Source of the DNA: Antedon mediterranea
Lineage: Eukaryota; Animalia; Echinodermata
Reading direction: 5' to 3'
Length of the DNA stretch: 64,000 bases
Assembly (NCBI RefSeq): GCF_964355755.1
Contig: NC_092673.1
Coordinates: 9,238,001-9,302,000 of the forward strand
In this document: one piece after another, positions 37,601 through 49,994 of the stretch
How the letters are laid out: each line of letters begins with the position of its first letter
Numbering within the stretch: position 1 is the first letter of the stretch
Translations under genes and position numbers: made by a program
The notes under the pieces: generated by a model
What the model saw: the letters and a program-made list of their open reading frames with translations, nothing else
Told to the model about the DNA's origin: nothing
Database searches by the model: none

Positions 37601-40600
37601 TAGAAATTAATTTTGCGCATTTTGAATTTTAAATGCACGTGCGCGTGTAACTTTGTGTAAAACATGCCATTTTTAGTGCACAAAAAGTTAGCGCATGACA
37701 TAAATTAAACTTTTGCTAAGTTTCAATTTAAATAGTTATATGGTTTTCAATCTATGTTAAATACGCGAAATTCATAAAATCGCGCGTAAGTCACATTGCG
37801 CATTTCTGACGTCATTCACAATAGGAGGTGCACAACTTCACGTGAATTCCCATATGTTGACAAAGTTATGAAATGTTATGTGTACAAGTTTTTGAGATAC
37901 GCGAAACACAAAAATAGAGGAGAAATGCGCATGCGCGCGTAACGTCTTGTAAAACATGCCATTTTTAATCCACAAAAAGTTTGCCCTTGATATGACTTAA
38001 ATTTTCACAAAGTGTCAAAACAAATTTAAGCTTGGTTTTTAGTCTATGATTAATCATAAAAAATCATAAAATCGCACGTAAGTCACGTTGCGCAACTCTG
38101 ACGTCATTCAAAAATAGGAGGTGCACAACTTCACGTAAATGCCCGTATGTTGACAAAGTTATAAAATGTTATGTTTACCCGTTTTAGAGAAACACGACGC
38201 ACAAAAATGACAAAAGGAAAGAAGCATAATACAGAAAAACAGATTTGAACTCGTCACTTTGACGAGTTCGGGTTATCCGCGCAAACGCAACATGCACATA
38301 CTTACTATATGAACCTCGACAATTATTATGCCATCCTATGACATGAAATAAATATGTTTACAGTGCTGAATTGTACCTATTATGTAGCATACACCATATT
38401 ACAGTATTTTACAGAATAAACTGTATATGTTATATACAGTGTAGCATAGACCAAATTACGAGACCCATCTTTTAAATCCAATTATTAACACGATGACATC
38501 ATCAAATTGACATATAAAGATAACAATTTTAGAAGATAATTATCTAAATAATTACATCTATATATAAATTTACGTAAGGGCAAAATTCGGTAAATCGCGC
38601 CTTACTTTTAGAATTTTTACTCGATGGTATGTAAAGTTGGTTCGTACTTTCGGTACTGATTTTAACCACCTGATGTAACCCTGTTTACTAATTAAATTAA
38701 GTTAGACAATTAGTTATTGACGATTAAAACGAATTTAGGTTCAAAGATTTGCCCCAAATAGGGGTGTTTTCCGATCGTGGTATACACTGTCTAATGGATG
38801 TCCATCTTGAAAAATACCCGCCACAAAAATGCGAGGAGGCTTCGCATTTTTCTATCTCCTCCTACGATAATTGTTTTTAATAGCTGAAAACCGGTTGAAC
38901 AGTTCGAGTACAGCATCATAATGTTGAAGACAGGCCGATTTTCTTTAAAAAATACTATTTTGATACATTTAATATACGTTTTTACAAATGTATTGATTTG
39001 TGATGAATGGAACATTCCAAATTATTTGGTTTAACCATACAGGTATAGATTTAGATTTATGGGCCTCCTTGGAGAATAAACATAAATAGTATTGCAATGC
39101 TGTACAATACTGTTAAGGTATTAACCACTTTTGATCGCAATTTGAATCGCAAATGTCTTACTGTGAGTGTTGGTACTGTTAGATGTAATATAAAAATATA
39201 TACAAATAAACTTTATTACTGTGAGTGTGGGTAGGCCCTACTGTTAGATTATAAACATATAATATACAAATAAACATTCCAAATTATTTGGTTTAACCAT
39301 AGAGGTATAAATTTAGATTTATGGGCCCCCTTGGAGAATAAACATAAATAGTATTGCAATGCTGTACAATACTGTTAAGGTATTAACCACTTTTGATCGC
39401 AATTTGAATCGCAAATTTCTTACTGTGAGTGTTGGTACTGTTAGATGTAATATAAAAATATATACAAATAAACTTTATTACTGTGAGTGTGGGTAGGCCC
39501 TACTGTTAGATTATAAACATATAATATACAAATAAATAAACGTTATTACTGACAGTTGCTTCTCAACGTTTGTATTAATTAATAATTTAAAAATATATAA
39601 ACGTCGTAGTGGTGTATCGTTACATGTACTTTACTATTTCAATCGACTATGACAGTGAGAGTTTTAACAAAGTACCGTATTAAATCGTAAATGTTTTACT
39701 GTATTTAGTGGTATATTATTTATAGGCCTATAAAACATTAAAAACAATATTTTGTTACTGAGTGGATAAGAATATATTTTAAAATGTTTCCTCTTTGTAC
39801 CTATCTTCTTCCCCCATCCCTCAACCCTTAATGTTACATACAAAACACAAATTGGGTTTGTTTAAATGAGTCCAAATAAAAAAATTTGTTTCTCTCTCGG
39901 AAGTAATTCCCAGGGTGCTAATTTTGGTTGACTACATAAATCATTGTGTATATTTATTCGTTTCTGTAAACGACAATGTATTATAGTCCTGCGGTACGTA
40001 CATTTGAAATCTCCATTTTTTTCTCGCTGGAAATACTGTGTATTCGAGAACCATCTGTGGGCACGACCTAGATGGTACGCGAGCGAAGCGAGCGTGCCAT
40101 CTAGTTAAAACAAATTTGAAGAATTTTGGGAAAGTAAAAAACATGCTCAAAATGTCATGATCAGCGTAGAAAGTTGATTAGAAATTAATTTTGAGCATTT
40201 TGAAATTTTAAATGCGCGTGCGCGCGTAACTTTTTGTGAAACATTCCATTTTTAATCCATAGAAAGTTTGCCCTTGATATGACTTAAATTTTCACTAAGG
40301 TTCATGAAAGAATATTTGTTGGTTCTATAGTTATGATCAGTTATAGAAATTCATAAAATTGCGCGTAACTTATGCAACGCGGCTATGACATCGTCCAAAA
40401 GCTTGGCTGCACATCTACACTTCAATTTCAATCTTTTTACCAAGTTATACAAAGTTATGTTCACAAGTAATAGAGATATGCAGGTCACAAAAATCCGGGA
40501 AAGATAGAAGAATAACAAAGAAGATGAAAAAGATATTTACAATCACAAGGGTTATCCGCAACTTTACAAGTTGCGGATAACCAATGATGAAAAAAAAGAT

Positions 40601-41360
40601 ATTTACAATCACAAGCAACTTAAAGTTGCGGATAACCAAAAATATGAAACAGGACGATTACAAGGAGTTATCCGCTACTAAGCGGATAACTAATAACAAA
40701 GAAGAAGATGAAAAAAAAGGGTTATCCTGAAACTAAGTTGCGGATAACCAACTAGACATGAAAATCGTCACTTTGACGAGTTAGTTATCCGCTCGACAAA
40801 CGCCACATGCACGTCATACGTTGGAATATTGCACACAGAAAAAGATTATGTCATTATGACCTGAATTGAAGAATATTGATAGTTTGTTATTGCTGAATTC
40901 TGTTATTTTGTGTCATATAGTACACAGTATCTGTATACATATCACATACAGTGTAAAATAGGCGAAATTACCGGAACGGCAATTTTTAACATGTTGACGG
41001 TTTCAAAATGAAACACGAAGGTAGCAATATCGGAAGGAAATTATCTCAGCAACAACATATTAACGTGTAGAAGAAATTTTAATACGTGAACTATTGATTC
41101 GCGCTCTTTTAAAAGTAATGAACTATGACGCAAAAGATGAAAATACGACTTTTTTTATTTAACTGGGCATATGATGACGTCACAATATCCGATTGGCAAC
41201 ATTTTAAAATGATTTCGTATCTAAAATCCAATAGCTTCCAGAAACCGTTTTAATCGTGATTATCACATTTTATTCTTACGAGCTATAACAGATTGAAATT
41301 TACTGTAAAGATGAAATTATTGACCCACGTAAATTTTTTCTCACACCCACATCATACAAT
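34634..41360 (+). mobile_element. Tandem array of ~1.8-kb Helentron/HINE-like units (family C)
   Basis: Unit head ACTAGACATGAAACTTGTCACTTTGACGAGTTAGTTATCCGC at 34634, 36427 and 40751, with a variant near 38245; GAA-rich unit ends; GGTTATCCGC..GCGGATAACC hairpins. Confidence 0.7.
38556..40105 (-). mobile_element. HINE-like family A copy 2 (inverted), with an internal 262-bp tandem duplication
   Basis: Reverse complement of 7303-9365; the block starting at 39011 is repeated at 39273. Confidence 0.8.
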
Positions 41361-41531
41361 TTTGGGCCATTAGTAACATGTTCCGATTACATGATTTGGC
41401 CGTTAAATTACCTTTATCACAATAAAAAATGCCTTTTAAAACAGCTCCTTTTCCTCGAATACTTTGATCGAACTGTGGCCATTTTAGAATCAGAAAATTG
41501 CCAGAAATCAATGTATGTTTTATTTTCTGTA

Positions 41532-42760
41532 TAAGGGGCATTCCACAGTATTTGGTCGGTGGGTTTAAAAATTTCATTTACTGATTTTGATGTAACTCTT
41601 AGCCATTTCTCAAAGTAGACATGTTAAAGTTTATTAAATAACATTTTTTTTATTTATCGGATATTGATTTTTTAAGTTATCGAACATTAAATATGAAAAA
41701 GTCATATTTGGCGTTACGGACGGGACATTTTTAATCCTATTTATTTCATAAACTATGCATCTTATTACTGTTTTTCAACATCAAATATTTAATTAAAATT
41801 TTGTTGTTTATTAATTTCATACATCCATTTCAAATTCATAAATCTCCAGTCCTCGACGTTTTAGGCGGTTTTTTTACATTTATTTTAAAAGTAATGATGC
41901 AAAAATCTTGATATTTTATTTTCTCCTCCTGAGGACTATATCTCATTATATTATGAACAAATTTTTTGAAAATTATATATTTTGATGAAAATATCATATT
42001 TCAAAAATATATTGTTACGGACGGGACAGATCATTTAAATCCTAATTATTTCACAAACCACGTGCATCTTTTGAACATTTTTTTGCCAGATATAGTTACT
42101 CTATGTCCCTATTGTACATATTCAAGCATTAACACATATTTTGTTTATTAAATTTTATATATACTTTTCAAAATTCATATTTGTCTCATCCACGACATTT
42201 TAATAGTAGTTTTATGGGGTGTTTTACATTTCAGTATTGATACCACAATTTAATATTTTGTTTTCTCCTTTTAAAACTATTGCAATACATTATAAACAAA
42301 TATTTTGAAACTTTTGGTGAAAATATCATATTCAAAAATATATTGATGACATTTTTTGTTAAGGACGGGACATATCATTTAAATCCTTTTTATTTCATAA
42401 AACCATGCATCTTGTTAACATTTTTGCCCATAAATATACTTTTTTTAAAGTATTTTATTAAAATTGTTTATTAATTTCATATTTGCATTTCAAAATTCAT
42501 AATTGTTACTTTTGAGACATTTCGATTGGGGTTTTTTCCTCACTTGTGTTTATTGAAGTAATGGCTTTAAAATTGTTATTTAATTCTTAATTTTAAATCT
42601 TAATTTTCAACTCCAAAGGATTTTAAATTGCAATAGATTTTAAAAATTTTTTAAAACTTGTATTTTTTTTATTAAAAAAAACAATACTATCAAAATTTAT
42701 TGAATGTTACGGATGGGACATTTTTTTTATGGATGTGATGACAATATTGTAAGAATTAAA
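41532..42760. repeat. Degenerate ~300-350-bp tandem units with GTTACGGACGGGACA; probable DNA-transposon subterminal region
   Basis: The motif recurs near 41713, 42013, 42358 and 42706. Confidence 0.55.
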
Positions 42761-43329
42761 AAGTGTTTTTGTACTCTAGGCTGAGAAGTACTGTACAAAG
42801 GTGTTAACTGTTGTTTATTAATCACAAAACATTTTGGTCTGTATTTAAAACAAGAATATTTCTTACAAAAAACGCTGCTCGCTTATTGTTATTGCTAAGG
42901 TCAAGTCTGGGGGTCACTTCATCAAGCCTAGATACTACAAGTATCCTATTACAAACAAAAACTTCAATGGACTGTTTTGATAATAATTCAATGATTATCT
43001 GACAGTGATAGTAATATCATGGGACTCATAAATATCAGAAATGCTTTGGGATTTGTCATTAGACTCTTTTCCCAGCCGTTTTTAGGATTCAACAGGTGGT
43101 ACCTATAAATTATAGTCGAGTTTCCATTTTAACAAAAATGTCAAAGTGTAGTACTATACTGCTGCTTGATTTCATCTAATGAATGAGTCATCTCGTGTGA
43201 CGTAGCAGGCTAGAGCAGCAGCGTGATAAACAATCCACAAAAGAACAATACCTAAATCCAGAACAACATGACCAGTATGGAAAGGAGATGAGGGTACCCA
43301 GGCTTAGGCCCAAGAGGTTGAGAAAGAAA

Positions 43330-43370
43330 TCGCGAGCGGGAATGACATACGCCGCCAATAGTTTGAATTT
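43330..43370 (-). promoter_or_regulatory. Candidate promoter of the RGS3-like gene (E2F-like and CHR-like motifs)
   Basis: GCGGGAA (43336), CCGCCAA (43352) and TTTGAA (43362) in a CpG-richer unique patch; possible minus-strand non-coding exons at ~43345-43253 and ~43102-42867. Confidence 0.25.
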
Positions 43371-43377
43371 TCAATTC

Positions 43378-43580
43378 CATTCAAACATTTCATTCAAAAC
43401 ATTTTATTCAAAACATTTCATTCAAAACATTTCATTCAAAACATTTCATTCAAAACATTTCATTCAAAACATTTCATTCAAAACATTTCATTCAAAGCAT
43501 TCAATTCAAAACATTTCATTCAAAACATTTCATTCAAAACATTTCATTCATTCAAAGCATTCAATTCAAAACATTTCATT
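43378..43580 (+). repeat. 14-bp minisatellite (CATTTCATTCAAAA)n, ~14 copies
   Basis: Seen directly in the sequence. Confidence 0.95.
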
Positions 43581-43895
43581 CCTACATCGCACCATTCAAT
43601 TCACATACTGTAGATGCATTTCATTCACATATCGCGTCATAAAATTAAAATCATCGAAATTTTGCGTAAACGGCGTTCCATGTGTGAGTGTGAAAAAAGA
43701 AAGTTTAGGTGAGAAATCGAAGATATAACGGTGTGGTGCAAACTGCAGTAGCGCCGCTAGGACTACTACTAGGCCTAGCCTAGACCCTAGGCTATATAAT
43801 TATATAGACTACTAATCTATACTAGCCTATGCCTCGCTAGCTAGGTAGGGCTTACTGATTGTTAAAAACAAATAAAATTTATAATATATATATAT

Positions 43896-44190
43896 ATTAA
43901 TTTGAAACGATAAAGATGAGGAAATCTGTGAGAATGAGAAAAAGTCGCCCCAACCGAGACTCGAACTCGGACCGCCTGCTTGATATGCAGATGTCTGGTT
44001 AGGACATCTGCATATCAAGCAGGCGGTCCGAGTTCGAGTCTCGGTTGGGGCGACTTTTTCTCATTCTCACAGATTTCCTCATCTTTATCGTTTCAAATTA
44101 ATTAATTAAATTTCAGTATATCACCGGGCGGTTTAGAATTAATGTTCTTTGCCTATTGTGTTAATATTTATATATATATATATATATAGG
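43896..44190. mobile_element. tRNA-derived SINE forming a perfect 100-bp fold-back, flanked by (TA)n
   Basis: 43896-43995 is the reverse complement of 44003-44102; it has a tRNA-like T-arm CCGAG-TTCGAGT-CTCGG and a TTTTT run. Confidence 0.75.
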
Positions 44191-44219
44191 TAACTTTATT
44201 CCAAAAAATGTAACAAAAC

Positions 44220-45620
44220 CACGCACTGTGGATTTACAAAATCTGATACGTTCTTATATGCATGCATCCTACAACAACAAAAAATATAAAAAAACGTAAA
44301 AAATAAAGATTTAAAATAACAAAAGCCACTTATTTCTGTTGCTGGCAATCTCACGCAAATTAATTAGGTCGTTTAAATTATTTATCTTAAAATTTCTTAA
44401 AATTTCTGATAAATAAATCATTTCTAAGTGTACTTAACAGATTGGTTTGATGTTTTCCAATTCGCCCTTTTATTGGATTAGAGTGTACTATACCAAACAC
44501 CAATGCTGAAAAAGCAGGAGTATCTTCACTCATTCTAAGTATACGGCCAAGCATAGATCACCTAAGTTTATTTACATTCTCAGATAAAGGTTTAGTATTT
44601 CTTACCAAATATTATAACTTATTATTGCTAATCTTTTTCAGATATTTCACATTAATAATAGTTCTTAAGTGGGACCTATGGGCGCGTTTATACAACACGC
44701 TATTACACGCATATTCTACACGCCTACGAAAAGTGTGTTGTATAACAACAAAGAGATTCCGTGTAATGAGATTTTAATTGCAAAAAAGGCTACTTGGCTG
44801 AATCCTAAAATTTGGTGGATTCCCGGTCGCCGTTACCGTGTTGGAAGTGTCCTCAGGGTATATTTTGACCTCTCGTTAAAACAGGTCGTAATATCAATCA
44901 TGTCATGCGACATTGCTAACAAGATTGGGCCCATTTATTGCTGCTTTGCTGCCAGCAACCATCCTCCTACCACGTCTTACGCCTAGCCTAGTGGGGCCAA
45001 CTCGTAGTGGTAGTAGGCATCTATCGTTTCCCACTCCAAACAGAATAAAAAAAATAACATCGCAAAAATGGCATCTTCTTCCATAGTGTATAGATGAAAC
45101 AATGAAACCCTTAAAATAACTTTTATTAATTTAAATGAACCGAGAACAAAATAAACAACAATGCAAACGTGAACGAATACAATATAATGAAAATGGTAAA
45201 AACCGCGCGAATCGACAGCGAGGAGGCGACGATGATTGTTGACAACTCAGCCAATTCAAGCGCGATCAACAATTTGACCTTTTATCCTAGCATGCACTGC
45301 GTGTTGATGAAACTTCCGGTATAACACGGTATCGTGATTTCTAGTATAACAGCAAACGTTAAGGTGGGTTGACCTCGGTCCGAACAACACGCTAAAAATT
45401 AAAGCCGTGTTCAAATTTAGGGTGTTGTATAAACACGACCTATGACAGGTATCAATTTTTTTCATAACAACTTTGGGAGCAGACCAGCTATTGCAATTAT
45501 ACAATAAAATAGATACAACTTATACAATAAAATAGATACAACTAATACATTATATAACTTGAGTTTCAAATCAGTTGCAATATTTTTCTTAAGCCACACA
45601 TTTAAATTTATAATAAATCA
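44220..45620 (-). mobile_element. RTE-like LINE 3' remnant, interrupted by a Harbinger-like MITE
   Basis: LLYNCNSW..KKIDTCHR|SHLRTII reads through the insertion point. Confidence 0.65.
44680..45440. mobile_element. PIF/Harbinger-like MITE
   Basis: TIR GGGCGCGTTTATACAACAC / GTGTTGTATAAACACGACC; 3-bp TSD TAT. Confidence 0.8.
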
Positions 45621-46114
45621 TTAGGCCTAAATCATTATTTCTTAAATTAATTTCTCCTAAATCCACGCTTTATCCACCACTCATGCACAGAGAAAATCAA
45701 GTAATATCGCATAGATAGTGTTTATGTTTATGCCCGCCAATTTTTAAATCCAGTGCATGCAGTGAGCCACTCTAGCCTAGCCTAGCTAGGCTAGGCCTAC
45801 TACTAGGCCTAGAGTTAGACGCTAGACTCTAGGCCTATATAATATAATAAATAGGCCTAGGCCTAGCCCTATTAATAATTAACAATCATTAAAAATAATA
45901 CAAAAATGAGGCGCACACGTTATCAATATTATTATTTATTCAATATAAAATCCTAAAAATATAGACCTACCTTATATTATAATAATACTGTAATAACTCA
46001 AATAATATGAGGTTCTGCCGCCAGTCGGTAGAGAGAGGTGTAATAAGCCGAAGGCTAGAGGGCGTACTCCAGACTGAAAAGTGATTCCAACAGTGGGAGG
46101 AGGAGAGGAGGGGC

Positions 46115-47465
46115 TGTTACAACCGCTAATGTAGAAAACGCCAGCTAATGTCGAAACAACCGTTAATGTAGAACAATCCACCGCTTATGTAGTAAAACCT
46201 CCAGCTTATGTAGAAACACCAACAGCTTATGTAGTAAATAAAAATCAACACCAGCTAATGTAGAAACAGTCAACAGCTTATGTAGTAACGAAAATTGCCT
46301 CCCAGCTTATGTAGTTACTATCGCCAGCTAATGTAGAAAATGTTATATATTTTACAAAAATGTCTAAAATTCATGTGCAAGCATCGATCTTTACTTAGCT
46401 ATCAGTCTTTCCACCTCTCGTAAGCGACCACCTCTTTTAACGACCACACCTCTCGTAAATGACCACCTCTTTTAAGGGACCACGATCTCTTTCTCTCTAT
46501 TAAAGGACCGCTTCTCATAATCGACTATCTCCCGTCACAACGACCTCTGGTAAGTGACCACCTCTGTTGAACGTCCACCGTTTATTATTAAGGGACCACT
46601 GCTTATAATAGACCACCTCTCGTAAGTGATCACCTCTATTGAACGACCACCGTCTCTTTTAAGGGACCATTTATCATAATCGACCACCTCTCGGAAGTGG
46701 TCAATGATAAGAAGCGGTCCCTTAACAGAGACACTGGTCGTCGCAATAGAGGTGGTCACTTTCGAGAGGTCATTGTGATGGAAGATGGTCGATTATGAGA
46801 AGCAGTCCCTTAATAGAGGTGGTGGTCCTTTATAAGAGGTCGTCACTTACAAGAGGTGGGGTCGTTAAGAGAGGTGGTCCTTTAAAGGAGTCGTCACTGA
46901 CGATTATGAGAAGCGGTCCTTTAATAGAGAGAAAGAGGTCGTGGTCCCTTAAAAGAGGTGGTCACATTTACAAAAGGTGTGGTCCTTAAGAGAGGTGGTC
47001 GCTTACGAGAGGTGGTCGGTTATGAGAAGTGGTCCCTTATGAGAGGAGGTAATCCTTACGAGAGGTGGTCGATTATGAGAAGCGGTCCCTTAACAGAGAT
47101 GGTGGTTGTTGCTTACGATGTGTGGTCGTTTTAGAAAGTTGGTTGCTTACGAGAGGTGGAAAGACTGATAGCTAGCTAAGTAAAGATCGATGCACTGACA
47201 CGTACACATAAATGAGACATTTTTGTAAAATATATAACATTTTCTACATTAGCTGGCGATAGTAACTACATAAGCTGGGAGGCAATTTTCGTTACTACAT
47301 AAGCTGTTAACTATTTCTACATTAGCTGGTGTTGATTTGTATTTACTACATAAGCTGTTGGTGTTTCTACATAAGCTGGAGGTTTTACTACATAACCGGT
47401 GGGTTGTTCTACATTAACGGTTGTTTCGACATTAGCTGGCGTTTTCTACATTAACGGTTGTAACA
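46115..47465. mobile_element. Fold-back element with TGT..ACA ends (Ginger-like, non-autonomous)
   Basis: ~330-bp near-perfect outer inverted arms built of AGCTAATGTAG subrepeats; inner GACCACCTCT/AGAGGTGGTC arrays; 5-bp TSD GGGGC. Confidence 0.75.
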
Positions 47466-47689
47466 GGGGCTATATCAGTTCAGTCTCCTTCCCCTAAATC
47501 CTCCTCCATATCGATCTTTGTCCTCTCCTCCTGTAGTAGCTCGTTGTGAGTCAACAAAGGTCAAACTTTAGTCTGGGTTCCAGACGGAGTTTTGTCTTAA
47601 TATTAGTTAAAAGATAAATATTTTGGCACATATGGCGTTTCATACGTATACTACTTGATTTTGGATTTTCAGACAAAAATCGCGGTCGA

Positions 47690-48226
47690 AATAAAAACAA
47701 ATAAATAAAAAAAAAAGATAATACAGACTTGGGGCAAGTCTAGTCAAACTTGTCCATTCCTTCTTGATGTTGTCTTCCCACCTCTTTCTCTGTCTGCCTC
47801 TCCTTCTCCCTCCTGGTACGTAACCCTGTACGCCAGAGGGGGGGGGGGGAGGGGGTGCAAATTGTAAAGGTTCACATTTTATAGGGTCTTAAAATAAATA
47901 AGTACTCAATATTATGAAAATGGTCCAAAATATATTAATCCGCACCCACCCAAATAAAATCTTGCGTACTTGGCCAGCCCGCTGGATCTCGTCACGTGTC
48001 CGTACTACTCCACCAGCTTTCTGGTTTTCACAATTAATAGCAGGTCTCTGTATGGTTACACACGACTATATTCTTAGGTATGGTCCAATTGCTCTCTTGA
48101 TCCTGTTGCTGACTTCCTCATTCTTGCCATGGTCATGAGATGTTCAAGATCTTGCGGTAGCATCTCATTTCCAGGTCTTTTATCCGTCTCTGTCAGCTTT
48201 GAGTGTCCAGGGCTCACATGCGTAAC
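47690..48226 (-). mobile_element. RTE-like LINE 3' remnant
   Basis: TNEEVSNRI and GGRRRGRQRKRWEDNIK motifs. Confidence 0.7.
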
Positions 48227-49829
48227 CAGTGGTGGCGCCAGCGGGGGGGGGGGGGGGGGGGGGGGCTACGGGGGCTCTAGCCCCCCCCCCCCCCCCTCGT
48301 CGGGGAATATAATATACAGTAAAAAGCGTTCGCGTTCACTTCGTAGCTAGCTTCAGAGCCTAGAAAACCGCGACGTTTCATTGACCGTGAGAGTACGTCA
48401 GAGTGATATATTATGCACTTTATATGCATTCATTATTGCCAGCGATCTAACTTACTACTACTAAACAAATAGCTAGGTTCGCACTTGTCTGGCGGAATCC
48501 CTTTGTACGAATCGTTCAACGTTGGGTCGAGACGCGTGATATCAAGTTCCATCCAGGGACCAAAATGTATAATGTAGTTATTTTCCAGGCGAAGTTTACC
48601 GACGGTTACCGAAGGGAACACGGGTACTTTTTGTCGGGGAATATAATATACAGTAAAAAGCGTTCGCGTTCACTTCGTAGCTAGTTTCAGCGCCTAGAAA
48701 ACCGCGACGTTTCATTGACTGTGAGAGTACGTCAGAGTGATATTATGCACTTTATATGCATCCATCCTGCATTATTGCCAGCGATCTAACTTACTACTAA
48801 ACAATAGCTAGGTTCGCACTTATCTGGCGGTATCCCTTTGTAGGAATCGTTCAACGTTGGGTCGAGACGCGTGATATCATGTTCCATCCAGGGACCAAAA
48901 TGTGTACTGTAGTTATTTTCCAGGCGAAGTTTACTGACGGTTACGTCGTGTACTGCGTCGACGTACGTTACACTACAGCAAAAACGAATTATGTTAATTG
49001 TTCGTATGTTCACCAATTTTTTAATTTACAAGTAACCTTCTGTACCGTGGGGCACCTAAAATAAATTTTTCATCCATTACTAAACAAAAAAACATGCCAT
49101 TTTCGCTTAGCCAAAATCTTATTATAGCTAAGTTATTACATTTTCAATGTCCTGTATGTCATGAATTTCTCACCACTCGGAAGTCCAGATGGTACGCACG
49201 CATACACTTGGGAGGAATAAACTTATTTCCCCGACTGAAAAAGGTCTACGCTTGCGTTTTTTAAGCCTCTAGGCCTGATGTTTCCAAAGTATAAAATGCA
49301 ATTTTTTGAAGACCTGCTGCTCTAGTTTTAAACAGTTTCTTAGCTCAGCCCCAACAATAAAGCTGGTCATATTTCGAAGTACAAGAAGTGCATTTTCCGG
49401 GACCTAACATCTCTATTTTTCAAACATTTCTTAGCTCAGTCACAACCATGATAGGGACTTATATTTTGTTTCATGTTTTGAAGTATAATAAGTCCAATTT
49501 CCGGGACCTCCAACTCTATTTTTCTAAATTTTCTTTGAACTTTTATTTTTTAAATTGAAAAATATGGATTGAAACAGTCATCGCGCATCGTTTTTTTGCA
49601 CGCAGTATTTTATTTATGCATTATAAAAAATGGAAAAAATGGCTACCCTAAATCTGATTAAAATGACCTCAAATGACGCTAGAACGTTGCTTCCGGGGGC
49701 TTCGCCCCCTGGACCCCCACCGGGGGCCCTTGGCGGCCCCTGGCCCCCAGCCTAGTGATGCTCACTTCGCTCGCATAGCCCCCTCGTCGGGGAATGTATG
49801 TAGTCGGGAAGATCCTGGCGCCACCCCTG
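48227..49829. mobile_element. hAT-like MITE (family D) with an internal ~335-bp duplication
   Basis: TIR CAGTGGTGGCGCCAG / CTGGCGCCACCCCTG; near-TSD GCGTA(C)AC; the block near 48298 is repeated near 48633. Confidence 0.75.
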
Positions 49830-49965
49830 GCGTACACTACTACAAGAATCTCGGGTGGGGGGGGGGGGTCACTTGTATATAAACCAAACGGGGGGTACAG
49901 CAGCCACTTCCAGACATGAGGCACTTGCGCTACCTGTTTTACTGAAAAATACTACGGACTTGAAC

Positions 49966-49994
49966 CATGGAGGTATAAAATAGATACCTCCATG
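49966..49994. mobile_element. 29-bp palindromic insertion, probable P-superfamily excision footprint
   Basis: CATGGAGGTAT-AAAATAG-ATACCTCCATG flanked by the perfect 7-bp duplication CTTGAAC. Confidence 0.7.

Noticed and set aside
43288-43728. 146-aa ORF
   Set aside because: Mostly translation of the 14-bp minisatellite
43996-44052. Functional tRNA gene
   Set aside because: The 5' acceptor strand and D-stem are missing, the anticodon loop is non-canonical, and it continues into a SINE-like body with a (TA)n tail
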